From positions 1 to 58,689 of IMG/VR virus record IMGVR_UViG_3300008107_000212: a stretch of DNA of 58,689 nt, one strand, 5' to 3'. The position numbers were made by a program, and so were the translations under genes. Positions 47,732 through 56,895 of the stretch are shown here, in pieces; position 1 is the first letter of the stretch, and each line of letters starts with the position of its first letter. The stretch comes from a virus (Duplodnaviria > Caudoviricetes). The notes beneath the pieces were generated by a model. The model was not told the DNA's origin. It made no database searches and saw nothing but the letters and a program-made list of their open reading frames with translations.

Positions 47732-49591
47732 TTATAAAGGTACTACTCTGCCTTGAATATCTGTATTTGGATATTTTACTTCAAATATCATAGGGTCAAG
47801 TGAAGGATATACTACATTGCCGTTTGTTGCTCCTGTAGTATCGTATGAGTATTGACTATATCCTAAACTTGTACCTACTTTATTTATTATTGCTATGTTT
47901 TTAACTGTTTGTACTCCTTCAATTCTATCTAATAAGATATAAATATCTCTAAGGATTATAGGTTGATTAATTTGCCATTTATCTATTGCAAAATAATCTT
48001 GTAATGCTATTATACATTGAGTTAATACTTCATTTGAATTGTAATTAGGTAATACTATAATATCAAAATTTACTCCAATATTAACAATAAAAGCATCTTT
48101 TATAGTAATAGAATCATTTATCATTCTATACAAAGACAAATATGTTTGTATATTTTGTTTTAGCGCAGGAGAAGTAGTAGTTAATTTTTTATTAAAATCA
48201 TAAGATAAAACATATAAATCTAATATCCCTAAAGCTTCTCCTGATGATACAGATTGTGCTTTTGTAGGTTCAATGTATGCTTTTGATACAACACCATATT
48301 TAGCGGGCATAGATAATGTTCTTACTAAATAATCATCTTGTGTTACATTACGAAGTTGTGTTGCAAAATTTGCTGAAGCATTTTGACGAATTTCTTCTAT
48401 TGTATCTCCATCTCCCCCACCATCAGCAGCAGCTGGATTATTTACAACTAATGAACCTCTAACAGTATTAGCTGTGTTTACATCTAAATTATTATTTAAA
48501 AATTGTATATTTCCGGATAGGCTAGTTAAATTATTTGCAGGAATATTTGCTTCTACTCCTCCACCTGTTAAATATCTAACAGTTAATGTTGTTTGAGAAG
48601 GAGCAATGCCGTATGTTTTTGTAAATAAGAAGTTTGAGGGGGAATAAGCTGCTGTAAGTTTATCCTTTTCAAATGGTAATCCTATACCCACATTATCTGG
48701 GTTTGGGGTTATTTCTTCATCTGTATCTGTTGCGCTTCCAGCGCCAAATTGTATTTGTAATGATCCTGTATCTATAACTCTTGTAACAAATCTTCTTTGG
48801 ACTTGCTCTAGCTTTAAAAGATAAGGAGCATCCCCAGAATACTGAGATAGATTAGGGTCATTTATATTAGTATTTTTAATACTATTAAATATAGTTTCTT
48901 GGGCTAAATAATCAACTTCATACCATTCATTACTATCTGTATCAAATATATCTAAAACTCCTATAATTCTGTTTGCATTTATTGTAACAGTAGAAAATTG
49001 TTGAGGGGCTCCAAAGGAAAATTGAGTAGTATTTATAGTTCCTGATGTAGCTTTTCTAGTCTTTTTTAAAAGATAAAAAGTAGGATTATTAGAATTATCA
49101 ACACTATATATAACAGCTTCTGTAGGATCTCCTGAGCTGGATACTGAAAAATCTACAGGATCTTCTATGATAAAAAATGTGCTAGAAAATACAGGGGATG
49201 AAATTGTTGAATTTCCTCCAATAAATAAAGAATAATTATAATCTGGAATATAAGTTGATCCTGATAATACAGCAGGAACCTGTTGATAAAAATCAATATT
49301 TGTTGTAGCAACTTGGGTTACATTTGGTTTGTAACCAAACATATATGCTAATTCATATAAATTATTTGGTTGACGAGCATATTGTAAAAATGTTTCCTGA
49401 ATTTGATTATCAAGATAAAAAGATAAAACATCACCTACATAAGCTGCCATTTCCATAAACATCATACCAGGCGAGGCTGGTGTGAAATCGTTATATGTTG
49501 TTGGGAAATAGGTTTTGGCATAGTCTATTAGACTAGCTCTAAATTCACCAAAATCTCGGTTTATATATTGTATGTTTTTTCTTTGTGCCAT
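47732..49591 (-). CDS. Baseplate wedge protein (T4 gp6-like)
   Basis: INRDF..LIDY, MAAYVGDVLSFYLD, IQFG and GGGDGDTIEEIR..RNVTQDDY. Confidence 0.85.
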   Translation of the reverse strand: MAQRKNIQYINRDFGEFRASLIDYAKTYFPTTYNDFTPASPGMMFMEMAAYVGDVLSFYLDNQIQETFLQYARQPNNLYELAYMFGYKPNVTQVATTNIDFYQQVPAVLSGSTYIPDYNYSLFIGGNSTISSPVFSSTFFIIEDPVDFSVSSSGDPTEAVIYSVDNSNNPTFYLLKKTRKATSGTINTTQFSFGAPQQFSTVTINANRIIGVLDIFDTDSNEWYEVDYLAQETIFNSIKNTNINDPNLSQYSGDAPYLLKLEQVQRRFVTRVIDTGSLQIQFGAGSATDTDEEITPNPDNVGIGLPFEKDKLTAAYSPSNFLFTKTYGIAPSQTTLTVRYLTGGGVEANIPANNLTSLSGNIQFLNNNLDVNTANTVRGSLVVNNPAAADGGGDGDTIEEIRQNASANFATQLRNVTQDDYLVRTLSMPAKYGVVSKAYIEPTKAQSVSSGEALGILDLYVLSYDFNKKLTTTSPALKQNIQTYLSLYRMINDSITIKDAFIVNIGVNFDIIVLPNYNSNEVLTQCIIALQDYFAIDKWQINQPIILRDIYILLDRIEGVQTVKNIAIINKVGTSLGYSQYSYDTTGATNGNVVYPSLDPMIFEVKYPNTDIQGRVVPL

Positions 49592-49998
49592 TATGTGAAT
49601 GTTATTGATATTTCGTCATTTATACCCGTATCTACAACGTTATACGTTAATATAACATTGGCTTCATATGTATCCGGGTTTCCGGTTACTTCTAGATTTT
49701 GAACGAGTACATTTGGGAAAAACGCAGTTAATTGTGCTTGAATATCTTGTTTTAAAAAATCTAGATTTCCGTTTGTAATTTGTTCAAAAATAAAAGCTCT
49801 TAAATTGGCACCGAAATTTGGGTTTAAATATCTTTCGGTTTTATTTGTTAAAAAATAATTTATTAGATTATTCCTAACAGCATCTTTTGTAGTATATGTT
49901 GTTTTAAAAACAGCAGGAGCATTAAAAGGAATAGCCACTCCAACCCCAGTTCCGGGTTTGGTATCTATAGGGAATATTCTTTTTGCTCCGAATGCCAT
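49591..49998 (-). CDS. Baseplate wedge subunit (T4 gp25-like)
   Basis: NLINYFLTNKTERYLNPNFGANL. Confidence 0.85.
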   Translation of the reverse strand: MAFGAKRIFPIDTKPGTGVGVAIPFNAPAVFKTTYTTKDAVRNNLINYFLTNKTERYLNPNFGANLRAFIFEQITNGNLDFLKQDIQAQLTAFFPNVLVQNLEVTGNPDTYEANVILTYNVVDTGINDEISITFT

Positions 49999-50342
49999 TA
50001 TTTATTCATTAAGTTCATTATTTGATCTAAACCAACACTCCCATCGGGCAATGCTCCGTTTACTGTGTCTGTAGATTTGGGCTGAAATTGGCCGGCATAT
50101 GCTGAGGTAGCTACTGCTCCCTGTTGCATTTCTCCTAAAATCCCAGAGAACATATTTCTGCGTTCTTGGGCAGTCAATTGTTTTGGTTTTTCGATGTGGG
50201 GTTGGGCATATGTATCTCTAATAGATTCATTTACGATTGTCTTTGGAGAACGGACTGCTTCGAGAAGAATATCCTTAAGTTCTTCTTGAATTGCTTCTCT
50301 TACAGCTTCTTTAATGATTTTTTTAAAGTCTTGGGTTTTCAT
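49998..50342 (-). CDS. Hypothetical protein with helical leader
   Basis: MKTQDFKKIIKEAVREAIQEE. Confidence 0.6.
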   Translation of the reverse strand: MKTQDFKKIIKEAVREAIQEELKDILLEAVRSPKTIVNESIRDTYAQPHIEKPKQLTAQERRNMFSGILGEMQQGAVATSAYAGQFQPKSTDTVNGALPDGSVGLDQIMNLMNK

Positions 50343-50345
50343 GAT

Positions 50346-50353
50346 TATAAATA
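50346..50353 (-). promoter_or_regulatory. TATTTATA box (putative late promoter)
   Basis: 3 nt upstream of ATG 50342. Confidence 0.55.
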
Positions 50354-50358
50354 TTAAA

Positions 50359-51219
50359 TTAGTAAGCTTTTAAATTATCTCTGTCAATAATAAGTTTAAG
50401 TTCGTTAATTAGTATTTCGGGATTTGTGGTAAAGGATAATTCTGTTTGAATTAAAGATATACCGCTTTGATTTATACCTATTGCTCTTCTACGGGTAACA
50501 GTAGGACTAAAAGGTATTTCTTCTATTCTAATTACAAATCCATTATATAATTCTTGATTTATAGTTGTTTCTGCTTGATTTTGTTGTTGTGATATTTGAA
50601 CTAGCCCTTCATTTGTAGATATAAGGGTAGAATTAGGCGCACATCGTTTTAAAATAGAATCTATAGAATTTAAAGTAGTAATCGTTTGTGCGATAAAAAC
50701 AGCAGCTATAGATATTGCTGGGGCAGATAAATCTAGGGCTGCTTTTATTTTTTGCAATTTTGGATTTCCCAAATCATCGTATTTCAGTTTGTCTAAAATT
50801 TCATTCAGATTTAAAACAAGACTAGCAAATGGAGATCCTGTTGCTGGAGTAGCAGCTGCTGCTATTGCAGCTGGTTTTGCAGCGCGTATGCCTGCTGCTA
50901 TGGTTAATAGTGTGTTTAAAGTATTATTTGTTATTCCTACTGTTCTGATAGCAATGTCTAAAGATAAGCCTATCCTGTTTAGCTGGTCTACAATGTTGTT
51001 TCTAAGAGTAATTAATGGGTCTAATTGGTTTGGGGGTAAACAAATATTACTAGCTACAGAATTAAGTTTATTTAGAATCTTCTCAGTTAACTGCGGCTCA
51101 ATTTGATCTTTAATTTGAATACCCTTATCTAGAATGAGTGTGCTAAGGAGCTCTAACCCTTGCTGTTTCAAATCTCTAGGGGTTACGTTTTGAAGAATCT
51201 CAGGAGATATAGTAGCCAT
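50359..51219 (-). CDS. Hypothetical helical baseplate-module protein
   Basis: 286-aa ORF. Confidence 0.6.
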   Translation of the reverse strand: MATISPEILQNVTPRDLKQQGLELLSTLILDKGIQIKDQIEPQLTEKILNKLNSVASNICLPPNQLDPLITLRNNIVDQLNRIGLSLDIAIRTVGITNNTLNTLLTIAAGIRAAKPAAIAAAATPATGSPFASLVLNLNEILDKLKYDDLGNPKLQKIKAALDLSAPAISIAAVFIAQTITTLNSIDSILKRCAPNSTLISTNEGLVQISQQQNQAETTINQELYNGFVIRIEEIPFSPTVTRRRAIGINQSGISLIQTELSFTTNPEILINELKLIIDRDNLKAY

Positions 51220-52436
51220 TATATAATCTTATTTATTTGGGATTTAGTTAATTCTAGCTTAGCTGAGATTTTAGGTAATTCCGAATTTACTAACCCAGCT
51301 GCGGCTGATGTTTGAGGAACAGCTTGTAGGGCAATGGTTAATAATTGTATTTGGGCTATTAGATTTTGTAATTCTGTTACTAGAGCATTCCCTTTTAATA
51401 TAGGCTCTGTAGCTTCTTTTGACCCCAATTTTATCACATTAGATTTAACAATATATTCATTAGTATCAATATTTACACTACTAACAGCATTTAGATTAAT
51501 AGACTTTTTAGAAGTTAACAATAAATGGTCTTGAGTAGTATTAAATACTAATCGGCCTGAATTTATTAATATTTGTTTTCCGGAATATTCTTCTGGGGTT
51601 GTGGGGGGTGAAGTATAGCTTTCATATTTTGTGCTGGAGGCTTGTAATGGGATTTTTTGGGTTGAGGTTAAATAAAGAGAAGAACTATCTTTATTTATGT
51701 CTTCTACTGTGGGTAGCCACCCTTCAGGACGATTATCTCCTTGCCCATTTCTTAAAATAGTTATAGGATTCCCATTTGATCCTGTAGTTGACCAATTATT
51801 GGGTCTTTCTTTTACAGTTGATCCAAAACGAATACTATTCCCCCACCTTCCTTCCATTATTACATCTCCTTCAAAAGGTAAAAGAGGATGAATGTTAGGC
51901 TCCTCTTTAAAAGTATCCCCTAAAAATATATTAGTAGATTGATCAGTAACTTTTCTTACGGCTCCTCCTAAACTTTGAGTATAATCTACTCGTTGTGAAG
52001 AGGGTAGATTAAGAGGATCAGCAGGATATCCATTGTGATGAGGATGATTCCATAAAGCAACTGGGGTTATGTAGTATATAGTTTGATTGTCTGCAATGCT
52101 ACCAATATCATTACTTGGTAGTATAATTAAATAGACAATTTCATTTATTAAAGGATAATTTTTTAGATTAGGGTATAATGGTTTAGCAGTATTTTTAATA
52201 TTAAATGTTGGAGGATTTGTTAGATTTCTATCATAGAAAATAGTTCCTAGACCATTCCATTCTCCTACTTCTTTAAATAGATACTCATTAGTGTCATCTA
52301 AAATAATATCTACTACTCTGGCAGAAATAATAAGATTATTTAAAGTATAATCTCTTTCTTCATTTCTCCCATTGTTGATTGAGTTTTGAGAACCATTATT
52401 ATTTCCATCATAAAGAACATCAAAACGGCTGCTCAT
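51219..52436 (-). CDS. Baseplate hub/spike protein (gp5/gpV-like)
   Basis: N-terminal OB-like ARVVDII..YPLINEIV; EGDVIMEGRWGNSIRFGS; beta-helix-like tail. Confidence 0.6.
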   Translation of the reverse strand: MSSRFDVLYDGNNNGSQNSINNGRNEERDYTLNNLIISARVVDIILDDTNEYLFKEVGEWNGLGTIFYDRNLTNPPTFNIKNTAKPLYPNLKNYPLINEIVYLIILPSNDIGSIADNQTIYYITPVALWNHPHHNGYPADPLNLPSSQRVDYTQSLGGAVRKVTDQSTNIFLGDTFKEEPNIHPLLPFEGDVIMEGRWGNSIRFGSTVKERPNNWSTTGSNGNPITILRNGQGDNRPEGWLPTVEDINKDSSSLYLTSTQKIPLQASSTKYESYTSPPTTPEEYSGKQILINSGRLVFNTTQDHLLLTSKKSINLNAVSSVNIDTNEYIVKSNVIKLGSKEATEPILKGNALVTELQNLIAQIQLLTIALQAVPQTSAAAGLVNSELPKISAKLELTKSQINKII

Positions 52437-52768
52437 TATTCTTCTTTTATATTATTAATAGCGGCTAGCAATTGCTCTTTCTCAGCATCTGATATTGTTA
52501 ATGGGTCACCTGATGCTTGGCTAGCTATAGCTCGTTGGGCTAATGCTGCCATTTTAACAAGTAAATCGTCGTTTTTAACTCCTATTTCCATATATTCTTT
52601 AATTAAAGGAACTATAAGAGTAGCATCGCCTATCTCGTTTATTAATGGTTTTAATTCCGAGATAAGTGTAGATATTTGTTTATCTTTTTTCTTTTGGTTT
52701 TCGTATATTTCTTCTAGTAAACTAGAAAAAGATTTTTTACCGAATACGATTTTATCAAATTGGCTCAT
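52436..52768 (-). CDS. Conserved-type hypothetical helical protein
   Basis: 110-aa ORF. Confidence 0.6.
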   Translation of the reverse strand: MSQFDKIVFGKKSFSSLLEEIYENQKKKDKQISTLISELKPLINEIGDATLIVPLIKEYMEIGVKNDDLLVKMAALAQRAIASQASGDPLTISDAEKEQLLAAINNIKEE

Positions 52769-52778
52769 ATCATTTTAT

Positions 52779-52786
52779 TATAAATA
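52779..52786 (-). promoter_or_regulatory. TATTTATA box (putative late promoter)
   Basis: 10 nt upstream of ATG 52768. Confidence 0.55.
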
Positions 52787-52794
52787 TAGTTATA

Positions 52795-53469
52795 TCAAAC
52801 TTTCATATAACCATTTTCTTCATAAAATAAATAATGAGATTTGTATAATTTATATAGGTGATTGGCTACTTTAGTGATCTTAGGTGTTTTAACATCTATC
52901 TGCTCACGAATATAAATATAAAGTGCCTTCTTATTGAAAATGGTTAAATGGTCTCTTTTGCGAAATAATTCTAATATAGCATCAGCTACCCGAGCATCTG
53001 CTTCTTTTGGAAATAATTTAAATATATTTTTAGTACAGAAATCTACATACATATCCATAAAATCTGAAATTTTATCGTTTGTATAGTTTTCTTCTAGTTC
53101 GTATGAGTGTTCTTCATCTTCATATATTTCTTCTACAGGAACAGTATCTAATCGTTTTTTATAATTTTTCTGGTTGGATAATATCAAATAGCGTTTTGCT
53201 ATTGTTCCAAAATAAGAATATGCTTTGGCTCCTTTAGAAGGATCGAATAAATGTATTTTAGAAAGAAGAAATGTTATTACTTCGTGTTGCAAGTCTTCAA
53301 TATTTTCAACCTCGGTATAGTAAAACTTAAATGTATGAACTATATTTTCGGTTAATTTGAAGAAAGGATAATGTATCTTTCTTTCATATATTTTGCTTTT
53401 GATAATAGGATCGTGCTCGTTATTGTATTTAACGATAGCATCTTCCGTATCTTGAGTAAAATATACCAT
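52795..53469 (-). CDS. Phage sigma factor (T4 gp55-like late sigma)
   Basis: EDLQHEVITFL..FDPSKGAKAYSYFGTIAKRYL resembles sigma region 2. Confidence 0.7.
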   Translation of the reverse strand: MVYFTQDTEDAIVKYNNEHDPIIKSKIYERKIHYPFFKLTENIVHTFKFYYTEVENIEDLQHEVITFLLSKIHLFDPSKGAKAYSYFGTIAKRYLILSNQKNYKKRLDTVPVEEIYEDEEHSYELEENYTNDKISDFMDMYVDFCTKNIFKLFPKEADARVADAILELFRKRDHLTIFNKKALYIYIREQIDVKTPKITKVANHLYKLYKSHYLFYEENGYMKV

Positions 53470-53744
53470 TATAGATTTTTTATATTAAAAGAATTAAGAA
53501 TAGTTTGAATACTCTTAACACTCTCAAAGAAAAAACCAATTTCATCATCCGCTTTAAATGAACCTCGATGGTCTATTTCTTTTAATTTCCTATCTGATTC
53601 ATCTATAATTTTAGAAACTTTATTTAGATAAACCATATATCCTGTAAGGATGTCTTCTTGCTTTTCGTTTTTGCGTAGAAGGTTAAAGGTCGTGTATCCT
53701 AGGACCACGACCATTAACGCTAAAATTATTGTTAAAATTATCAT
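53469..53744 (-). CDS. Small membrane protein
   Basis: N-terminal TM helix; FKADDEIGFFF. Confidence 0.6.
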   Translation of the reverse strand: MIILTIILALMVVVLGYTTFNLLRKNEKQEDILTGYMVYLNKVSKIIDESDRKLKEIDHRGSFKADDEIGFFFESVKSIQTILNSFNIKNL

Positions 53745-54532
53745 ATACTGTCTAATAGATTTTTTAAACCTTCACTTTTAAGTGTACTTAATGCTTTTTG
53801 TTGTTTGTTTATAGCAGGTTTAGTGTTGGACTTAGTGCTAGTATCTAATGTAAAATTCTTTTTAGGGGACTCCACGGAATTTTTAAATTTTGGCAACCAT
53901 TCTCTTTCAAACTCAATTCTTGCTGCCATTAAATCTGCTTGATGCAATACAAATGGAAGACAAGTACGTGGTTTTTGTTCAGGTATATACGTCATAAGAT
54001 ATTTTTTATTACCTTCATCGTATAAACCATCGTGAGTTTGAATAGCTAACATTTCATTAAACGAATATTGAACACCATGAGATTGAAGCAAATACAAACC
54101 GCGATCAGGAACCGAAGCAAATGCTACTTTGTTGTTAAACATATAATCTTCGCCTAGTTTATCTCTGCGCCATTGGTCTGTTTGGGGGACATAGGATTCG
54201 TTTGTTTCGTCTCCCATTTTACCTAAATCGTGATTAATAGCAGAAAATACAAGTTCTTCAACTGTATATGTGGTTAAATCTGCTCCCATTTCACCCCACA
54301 AATTGTTGAGTTTAAGAGCACAATCTACAACACGATTGACGTGTTCAATATAACCTCCTGGAAATGCGTTGTGATATTCTTTTTTATGAGCGGCTGGCAT
54401 TAGGATTAAACGATCTTTATATTGCTCGTAAAATTCTAGTAGTTTCTCTTTACGGGGAGAAGATACCCATGTATTGATGTGTTGGATAAAATAATCCCAA
54501 TTTTCTTGAATTTGTTCTGCGGTAAGTTTCAT
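53741..54532 (-). CDS. HD-domain phosphohydrolase
   Basis: YHNAFPGGYIEH, NHDLGKMG, HDG and LHQAD. Confidence 0.85.
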   Translation of the reverse strand: MKLTAEQIQENWDYFIQHINTWVSSPRKEKLLEFYEQYKDRLILMPAAHKKEYHNAFPGGYIEHVNRVVDCALKLNNLWGEMGADLTTYTVEELVFSAINHDLGKMGDETNESYVPQTDQWRRDKLGEDYMFNNKVAFASVPDRGLYLLQSHGVQYSFNEMLAIQTHDGLYDEGNKKYLMTYIPEQKPRTCLPFVLHQADLMAARIEFEREWLPKFKNSVESPKKNFTLDTSTKSNTKPAINKQQKALSTLKSEGLKNLLDSI

Positions 54533-54548
54533 AACTATTTATTTTAAT

Positions 54549-54737
54549 TTAAAATTCATACGACTCCATAGGCTCTTGTTGAACAAAAGCTTTAGCATCT
54601 TGGATAACCTCTTGTGTGTCTTTAAGAATAGCTTCAAATTCTTCTCTAGAACCTGCTCGTTGGAGTACTAAAAATAGTTTAGAGATATTACCCTCTGCTT
54701 TTTCTAGTCTTCGCATTATGATGTTTCGATTTTTCAT
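54549..54737 (-). CDS. Small hypothetical protein
   Basis: Start set to MKNRNIIMRR downstream of the box. Confidence 0.5.
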   Translation of the reverse strand: MKNRNIIMRRLEKAEGNISKLFLVLQRAGSREEFEAILKDTQEVIQDAKAFVQQEPMESYEF

Positions 54738-54759
54738 AGTAATAGTTTTATGGCGGGAA

Positions 54760-54767
54760 TATAAATA
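54760..54767 (-). promoter_or_regulatory. TATTTATA box
   Basis: 22 nt upstream of ATG 54737. Confidence 0.45.
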
Positions 54768-54788
54768 TAGTATCAAGTAAAACCAAGT

Positions 54789-55199
54789 TTACTTTATTTT
54801 TTCTGCAAAAATTTTCTTAATTTTTAATATATAAGCACATTTTTCATATTCCTCTATATTTTCAAAATATGAGATAGCAGAATCTAACGATACCATTAGC
54901 TGAGGGGTATAATTATTTTCTACTGCTTGGATGTGGGCGGCATTAGATAAATCTATTTTTTCTATATAAGAAAAAGCTCTATTGTACACAATCATATCTC
55001 CTAAACTTTTAACATCGTCTTGATCAATTCCTTGATCTGATTTTAAAAGAAAAGTAAGATTTTTTATAAAGAAATTTTTATGATTGAGAATTAATTTTTT
55101 GAACATACCTAACAAATAAGTAGGATGTTCGGAAAAATCAATTGCTACAATATTGTCGTCCTCGCTAGTAAACGAACCGAAAATTTTATTTATGTCCAT
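54789..55199 (-). CDS. Hypothetical protein with C-terminal UVR-like motif
   Basis: AISYFENIEEYEKCAYI. Confidence 0.6.
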   Translation of the reverse strand: MDINKIFGSFTSEDDNIVAIDFSEHPTYLLGMFKKLILNHKNFFIKNLTFLLKSDQGIDQDDVKSLGDMIVYNRAFSYIEKIDLSNAAHIQAVENNYTPQLMVSLDSAISYFENIEEYEKCAYILKIKKIFAEKIK

Positions 55200-55205
55200 C
55201 TTGCA

Positions 55206-55213
55206 TATAAATA
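55206..55213 (-). promoter_or_regulatory. TATTTATA box
   Basis: 6 nt upstream of ATG 55199. Confidence 0.5.
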
Positions 55214-55233
55214 TATGTTAAAGAAAAGCCTTG

Positions 55234-55307
55234 TAGGGGAAGCGGGACTCGAACCCACAACCTCGTGCTCCCAAAGCACGTAATCTAACCAATTGATATA
55301 TTCCCCT
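55234..55307 (-). tRNA. tRNA-Pro(TGG)
   Basis: Cloverleaf; CGTGC-TTTGGGA-GCACG. Confidence 0.9.
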
Positions 55308-55311
55308 ATGT

Positions 55312-55519
55312 TTCCCCACCCTGAGATTTGGGGTGAGTAGTCATTCTGGTTTTTTCCTATTGATAAAACCTACAGGGCATCCCCTATTAAAACAGTCACA
55401 CTACGAAGGAGGAGCTGTGATTGGCGCCTTTAGCCCTAAGAAACGGCATTTACGATGTCCGAATTCACCGAGCCCATTGTTTAAGTCTTGAACTAAAGAC
55501 TCTGAGCATCTCTTACTCA
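55312..55519 (-). ncRNA. Unclassified structured RNA candidate (~200 nt)
   Basis: GC-rich; ends pair (TGAGTA/TACTCA); several internal hairpins; inside the tRNA array. Confidence 0.45.
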
Positions 55520-55522
55520 TTG

Positions 55523-55596
55523 CGGTTCGTATGGGAATCGAACCCATGACCTTCGCAGTGACAGTGCGATATTGTACCCAACTCTACTAACGAACC
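55523..55596 (-). tRNA. tRNA-Asp(GTC)
   Basis: TCGCA-CTGTCAC-TGCGA. Confidence 0.9.
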
Positions 55597-55600
55597 ATTG

Positions 55601-55673
55601 AGCGATAAACAGGACTCGAACCTGCAACCTCCGACTTGGAAGGACGATGCTCTACCAATTGAGCTATTATCGC
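55601..55673 (-). tRNA. tRNA-Gly(TCC)
   Basis: CTTCCAA loop; GCG/CGC acceptor end with T73. Confidence 0.88.
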
Positions 55674-55679
55674 AAATTG

Positions 55680-55752
55680 AGCGGCAAACTGGATTCGAAC
55701 CAGCGACCCTAACCTTGGCAAGGTTATGCTCTACCAACTGAGCTACTGCCGC
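55680..55752 (-). tRNA. tRNA-Gly(GCC)
   Basis: TAACC-TTGCCAA-GGTTA. Confidence 0.9.
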
Positions 55753-55757
55753 AACTG

Positions 55758-55830
55758 AGCTTCTTATCGGATTCGAACCAATGACCATCCGCTTACAGGG
55801 CGGCAGCTCTACCAACTGAGCTAAAGAAGC
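55758..55830 (-). tRNA. tRNA-Thr(TGT), atypical C33
   Basis: CCGC-CCTGTAA-GCGG. Confidence 0.8.
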
Positions 55831-55836
55831 ATTTTG

Positions 55837-55910
55837 TGGACCGTACCGGAGTCGAACCGATGACCTTCTGAATGCAAATCAGACGTTCTAGCCAACTGAA
55901 CTAACAGCCC
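55837..55910 (-). tRNA. tRNA-Ala(TGC)
   Basis: TCTGA-TTTGCAT-TCAGA; G3:U70. Confidence 0.9.
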
Positions 55911-55915
55911 TTTTG

Positions 55916-55989
55916 TAGCGGAGGCGGGACTCGAACCCGCGATCTCCAGGTTATGAGCCTGGCGAGATACCATCTTCTACTACTCCGCG
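55916..55989 (-). tRNA. tRNA-Met(CAT), initiator-like
   Basis: CCAGG-CTCATAA-CCTGG; C1 unpaired with base 72. Confidence 0.85.
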
Positions 55990-55996
55990 ATATGTT

Positions 55997-56425
55997 TTAA
56001 TTTTTAAAAATATTTTTACCTTCAGGATTGAAATACATAAATTGATGTGTTTCTATATCTGATTGCCATTTATATTGAACAACAAGCCCATTATTATTCT
56101 TGTAACTATTGTCACCTAAATTGTGGTGGGTTTCTATTATTCTTGTTAACATTTCCCTTGCTATACCATCAGATTTAGTTGCTTGAGTACACATAATGTT
56201 TTCAGTTCCACCCCACTTAAAAAAGTACATAGTCATTAAATCAAAGTTGGGATCGACTGTATATATAACCCAATACTCCGATTGATTTAATCTTTCCCAA
56301 TTTATTGTACCAAATTCAAGACGATTTCGTTCTTTGATTTCAGTAACAGTAAATCCAACCATTGGTTTTTGTGCAAACGCAGTTGAACTGAGTAACACAA
56401 ATAGGATAATAAGTAGTTTTTTCAT
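55997..56425 (-). CDS. Secreted protein with Sec signal peptide
   Basis: MKKLLIILFVLLSSTAFA|Q. Confidence 0.7.
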   Translation of the reverse strand: MKKLLIILFVLLSSTAFAQKPMVGFTVTEIKERNRLEFGTINWERLNQSEYWVIYTVDPNFDLMTMYFFKWGGTENIMCTQATKSDGIAREMLTRIIETHHNLGDNSYKNNNGLVVQYKWQSDIETHQFMYFNPEGKNIFKN

Positions 56426-56440
56426 AGTTTTTGTTTTTTG

Positions 56441-56515
56441 TACTCCGTACGGGACTCGAACCCGTAAGCTTTCCCGTGAAAGGGGAATGTCCTAAACCAA
56501 TTAGACGAACGGAGC
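56441..56515 (-). tRNA. tRNA-Glu(TTC)
   Basis: TTCCC-CTTTCAC-GGGAA. Confidence 0.9.
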
Positions 56516-56525
56516 ATATTAATTG

Positions 56526-56597
56526 CGTCCTGAGTAGGGGTCGAACCTACGGCCTAGCGGTTAACAGCCGCTTGCTCTACCACTGAGCTATCAAGAC
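56526..56597 (-). tRNA. tRNA-Asn(GTT)
   Basis: AGCGG-CTGTTAA-CCGCT. Confidence 0.9.
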
Positions 56598-56600
56598 AAA

Positions 56601-56686
56601 TGGTACCGAAGGCGAGACTCGAACTCGCAATGCTATACAGCGCTGGTTTCTAAGACCAGTGTGACTACCAATTCCACCACTTCGGC
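56601..56686 (-). tRNA. tRNA-Leu(TAG)
   Basis: CTGGT-CTTAGAA-ACCAG; long variable arm; encoded CCA. Confidence 0.9.
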
Positions 56687-56727
56687 ATAAATATACAAAA
56701 TAAATTTTATTTTGCCAAATTTATTTG

Positions 56728-56814
56728 CGGAAGATATTGGATTTGAACCAATGAACCAGTTACCCGATTAACACCTTAGCAGGGTGCCGCTTTAGACCAC
56801 TCAGCCAATCTTCC
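56728..56814 (-). tRNA. tRNA-Ser(GCT)
   Basis: GCACC-CTGCTAA-GGTGT; long variable arm. Confidence 0.9.
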
Positions 56815-56816
56815 TT

Positions 56817-56893
56817 TGGGGCGACCGATGGGAATCGAACCCACCCGCACTAGAACCACAATCTAGCGCTCTACCAACTGAGCTACAGCCGCC
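56817..56893 (-). tRNA. tRNA-His(GTG)
   Basis: CTAGA-TTGTGGT-TCTAG; G-1; encoded CCA. Confidence 0.9.
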
Positions 56894-56895
56894 AT

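Noticed and set aside
1079-52874. The many short plus-strand ORFs in the track
   Set aside because: All overlap well-supported minus-strand genes, start mostly at alternative codons and lack motifs
875-55213. TATAAATA as canonical T4 late promoters driving plus-strand genes
   Set aside because: No credible plus-strand genes follow; position tracks minus-strand start codons
55312-55519. Identification as RNase P RNA, tmRNA or pistol ribozyme
   Set aside because: Only loose resemblance; the GAGGAAAGUCC core, alanyl tRNA-like ends and pistol core are not present
55513-55815. 100-aa minus-strand ORF
   Set aside because: Lies entirely over four tRNA genes
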